A stretch of DNA of 64,000 nt, taken from positions 3,304 to 67,303 of the IMG/VR virus record IMGVR_UViG_3300021168_000494; one strand, written 5' to 3'. Both the position numbers and the translations under genes were made by a program. This document shows, in pieces, positions 62,041 through 64,000 of the stretch. The notes beneath the pieces are model-generated. The model saw only the letters and a program-made list of their open reading frames with translations. It was not told where the DNA came from and searched no databases. The stretch is from a virus. Each line of letters begins with the position of its first letter. Position 1 is the stretch's first letter.

Positions 62041-62514
62041 CTAAAGTTCTTCTTCCCTCATCTGCCAGTGTTTCTTTTGGCCACGTGGGCCTTTGAGCGA
62101 CCAGCCCTGCAGGAACACCAACCCACCGGCCGCCTTCCAGGTGTAGAACTCGTTGATCGCGAGGATTTTGTCTTTGTGCTCCGCGAAGTCTCCATCACGG
62201 CAGCACTGAACAAGGGCGATAGATGACTCGGCGAGAACTTCGCGTCCAACTCCTTTGCACGCTTCGCAGGTCTGCATATATCTGCGGCCTTGCTGAAAGC
62301 GCTTTCCGGTACCGCGGCAAGGCTCGCAATCGCGCCAGACTTTCGGTCGGCACGCGAGCAGATCGCCAAACCCCCACACATCCAACCGAATGCCGAACTT
62401 CATTTGTCCGCGCGGTGGGATCCACTTCTCGACGATGGCCACGGACCAGCCGTTGTCCCGGAGGATCGCGAGCGACCGCTGGACTGGTTTCGATTTGTTT
62501 TTCTTCTTCTTCAT
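62041..62514 (-). CDS. PD-(D/E)xK-like nuclease with a DnaJ-type zinc finger insert
   Basis: 'L...GW....VEKW........D.WGF.DLLA' then 'CEPCRGTG...CEACKGVG' then 'LVQ'. Confidence 0.65.
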   Translation of the reverse strand: MKKKKNKSKPVQRSLAILRDNGWSVAIVEKWIPPRGQMKFGIRLDVWGFGDLLACRPKVWRDCEPCRGTGKRFQQGRRYMQTCEACKGVGREVLAESSIALVQCCRDGDFAEHKDKILAINEFYTWKAAGGLVFLQGWSLKGPRGQKKHWQMREEEL

Positions 62515-62738
62515 TTCGGAACCTGATGAACAGTCGGTCCATATTTGGCGAGCATCAAGATGCCCGCGAGCAAGCCACCGAAAAGGACGAAGAGTAAGAG
62601 GAACACCGAGACCCACACGCCTTCGATCCGGCGCTTCGCTCGGTAGGCATCCGTCCAGAAGCTGTTCTTCCAATGCCGACCTTCCCGGGCCTGGGCGCGC
62701 GCAATAATATCCTGGGCAGTGAGGAGAGGAGGTTTCAT
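62511..62738 (-). CDS. Membrane protein
   Basis: C-terminal transmembrane helix; GGAG SD. Confidence 0.55.
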   Translation of the reverse strand: MKPPLLTAQDIIARAQAREGRHWKNSFWTDAYRAKRRIEGVWVSVFLLLFVLFGGLLAGILMLAKYGPTVHQVPK

Positions 62739-62739
62739 T

Positions 62740-62952
62740 TTAATTTTCTCCGCGATCTTGAATGCATTCGCCGCATATTAGGATGTTTCCGGCATCGTCA
62801 AAAACGTCTGAGCCGCACGGATGTAGAGTTCCGCGCGAGTCGCGCACTTGATTGCCATGAGGACAAGTCATCGCGCAGTCGTGGCAGGAAGCCGGGCCAA
62901 ATTTGCACTTAGCCGATGCTTCTGGCGTGCGAGCGTGTGATATCTCAATCAT
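62740..62952 (-). CDS. Cys-rich first gene of the leftward operon
   Basis: AAGGAGGG SD; multiple CxxC. Confidence 0.6.
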   Translation of the reverse strand: MIEISHARTPEASAKCKFGPASCHDCAMTCPHGNQVRDSRGTLHPCGSDVFDDAGNILICGECIQDRGEN

Positions 62953-62978
62953 TGAAACCCTCCTTTGTGGATGGTCAA

Positions 62979-63007
62979 AGTATCTACAAGAATAGAGCTA
63001 GTGTCAA
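62979..63007 (-). promoter_or_regulatory. Leftward sigma70 promoter
   Basis: TTGACA, 17-nt spacer, GATACT on the - strand. Confidence 0.75.
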
Positions 63008-63034
63008 CTCCTATGTTTACATGCGTGCTTGATG

Positions 63035-63063
63035 TTGACAACCTAGCAGTTTACGTATAGATT
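63035..63063 (+). promoter_or_regulatory. Rightward sigma70 promoter, leaderless onto ATG 63071
   Basis: TTGACA 63035-63040, 17-nt spacer, TAGATT 63058-63063. Confidence 0.75.
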
Positions 63064-63070
63064 GCAATTC

Positions 63071-63268
63071 ATGGAGTTGCGAATACTTAAATCCGCAGTA
63101 CGTAAGGCTGGTGGCCCGAAGAAGGTCGCTCAGGCTGTTGGGCTCAGTAGGCAGTCGATCTATTTCTACGTGACTGGGAAGCGCGAGCCAAACGATGCGT
63201 TTCTTGGCTACATCGGAGTTAAACGAGTAGTGAAGTACAAATCAGAAAAAAGGAAAGCGAGGAAATAA
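63071..63268 (+). CDS. Cro-like HTH regulator
   Basis: 'V..AGG...VA..VG.SRQ.I...V.GKREP....L..IG'. Confidence 0.8.
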   Translation: MELRILKSAVRKAGGPKKVAQAVGLSRQSIYFYVTGKREPNDAFLGYIGVKRVVKYKSEKRKARK

Positions 63269-63272
63269 CCAA

Positions 63273-63584
63273 ATGAAGGAAATGTACAGGCAGGGAGATG
63301 TGCTCTTCGTGAAGCGAGATTGTCGGCCAACGGGAAAAGCTGCGATCCGCAAGAGCGGGGAGATTCTGGAAGGCGAGTCGACGGGCCATGTTCATCGTGT
63401 TGCGAGCCAATGTTTGGCCACCACCGAAGTGTACGAGATCAACGGCCAACTCTTCCTTTCGAGCGAAGAAGGTATCTCGATTGTCCACGAGGAACACCAC
63501 AAACTGGAACTTCCAGCTGGCAACTATGAGGTGATCAGGCAGCGGGAGTATAGCCCGGAAGAAATCCGCAACGTCCGAGACTGA
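63273..63584 (+). CDS. Conserved 'RQGDV...GE.TGH.H...HEEH...QREY' phage protein
   Basis: All family motifs present; GAGGA SD. Confidence 0.8.
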   Translation: MKEMYRQGDVLFVKRDCRPTGKAAIRKSGEILEGESTGHVHRVASQCLATTEVYEINGQLFLSSEEGISIVHEEHHKLELPAGNYEVIRQREYSPEEIRNVRD

Positions 63585-63601
63585 AAGACGGAAAGGCAAT
63601 C

Positions 63602-64000
63602 ATGGCGCGCTCAAAAGAAGAATTACTTGCGGCCTATTCGAAGGCCTGTGAGTATCCGGGAGTGCTTGACGAAGCGTTGGTGGAATTTCATCTCAAACGC
63701 TACCTGAAAATCCTCTCTATCGACAAAAAGGTAGAGAGGATTCATCAGGGATGGGATGTGCAGGACAGTCCCTCGCTCTTCCGTTACGCGAATGAGGTTC
63801 TTGATGATTTCGCAAAGCGAAGTGGCCGTCCGATAGCCGCGAGAGACGCGAGAGACGCGAGAGACGCGAGAGACGCGAGAGCCGCGAGAGACGCGAGAGA
63901 CGCGATAGCCGCGAGAGCCGCGAGAGACGCGAGAGCCGCGAGAGACGCGAGAGCCGCGAGAGACGCGAGAGACGCGAGAGGCGCGATAGCCGCGAGAGAA
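63602..64000 (+). CDS. Partial gene (runs off the window) with ARD tripeptide repeats, possibly DUF6745-like
   Basis: AAAGG SD; frame open to the window end; this family usually follows the RQGDV gene. Confidence 0.65.
   Translation, partial: MARSKEELLAAYSKACEYPGVLDEALVEFHLKRYLKILSIDKKVERIHQGWDVQDSPSLFRYANEVLDDFAKRSGRPIAARDARDARDARDARAARDARDAIAARAARDARAARDARAARDARDARGAIAARE
63830..64000 (+). repeat. 9-bp tandem repeat (GCGAGAGAC and variants), 19 units visible
   Basis: Units gcgagagac, gcgagagcc, gcgatagcc and gcgagaggc. Confidence 0.95.

Noticed and set aside
63830-64000. CRISPR array or DGR repeat
   Set aside because: The units are contiguous 9-mers with no spacers, and no cas or RT gene is present.

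Overview
The whole window reads as most of a tailed dsDNA bacteriophage genome (GC-rich, podovirus-like layout, standard genetic code). The + strand (1-54 kb) runs: ParB-N/DNA methylase, terminase small subunit, small accessory genes, terminase large subunit, portal, scaffold, major capsid protein, a GroES-like co-chaperonin, adaptor, a ~1,600-aa tail protein, ejection proteins, a ~9-kb glycosyltransferase/methyltransferase cluster, signal-peptide-bearing Cys/Ser/Thr-rich proteins and a lysis module. The - strand (54-63 kb) is an early arm (RecT/Bet, KTSC, nucleases, a methyltransferase) driven from a divergent promoter pair next to a leaderless Cro-like gene. No integrase, polymerase, helicase, RT or CRISPR array is visible. 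The most unusual signals are: (1) a 173-nt tRNA-like RNA that leaves an exact 76-nt cloverleaf once 58-nt and 39-nt structured inserts are removed; (2) three genes that appear to start at ATT; (3) two chromosomal-type parS palindromes plus a DnaA-box-like cluster; (4) a two-conformer RNA leader on the capsid gene; (5) a glycosylation cluster next to exported tail-module proteins. All family calls come from reading motifs by eye, not from database searches.
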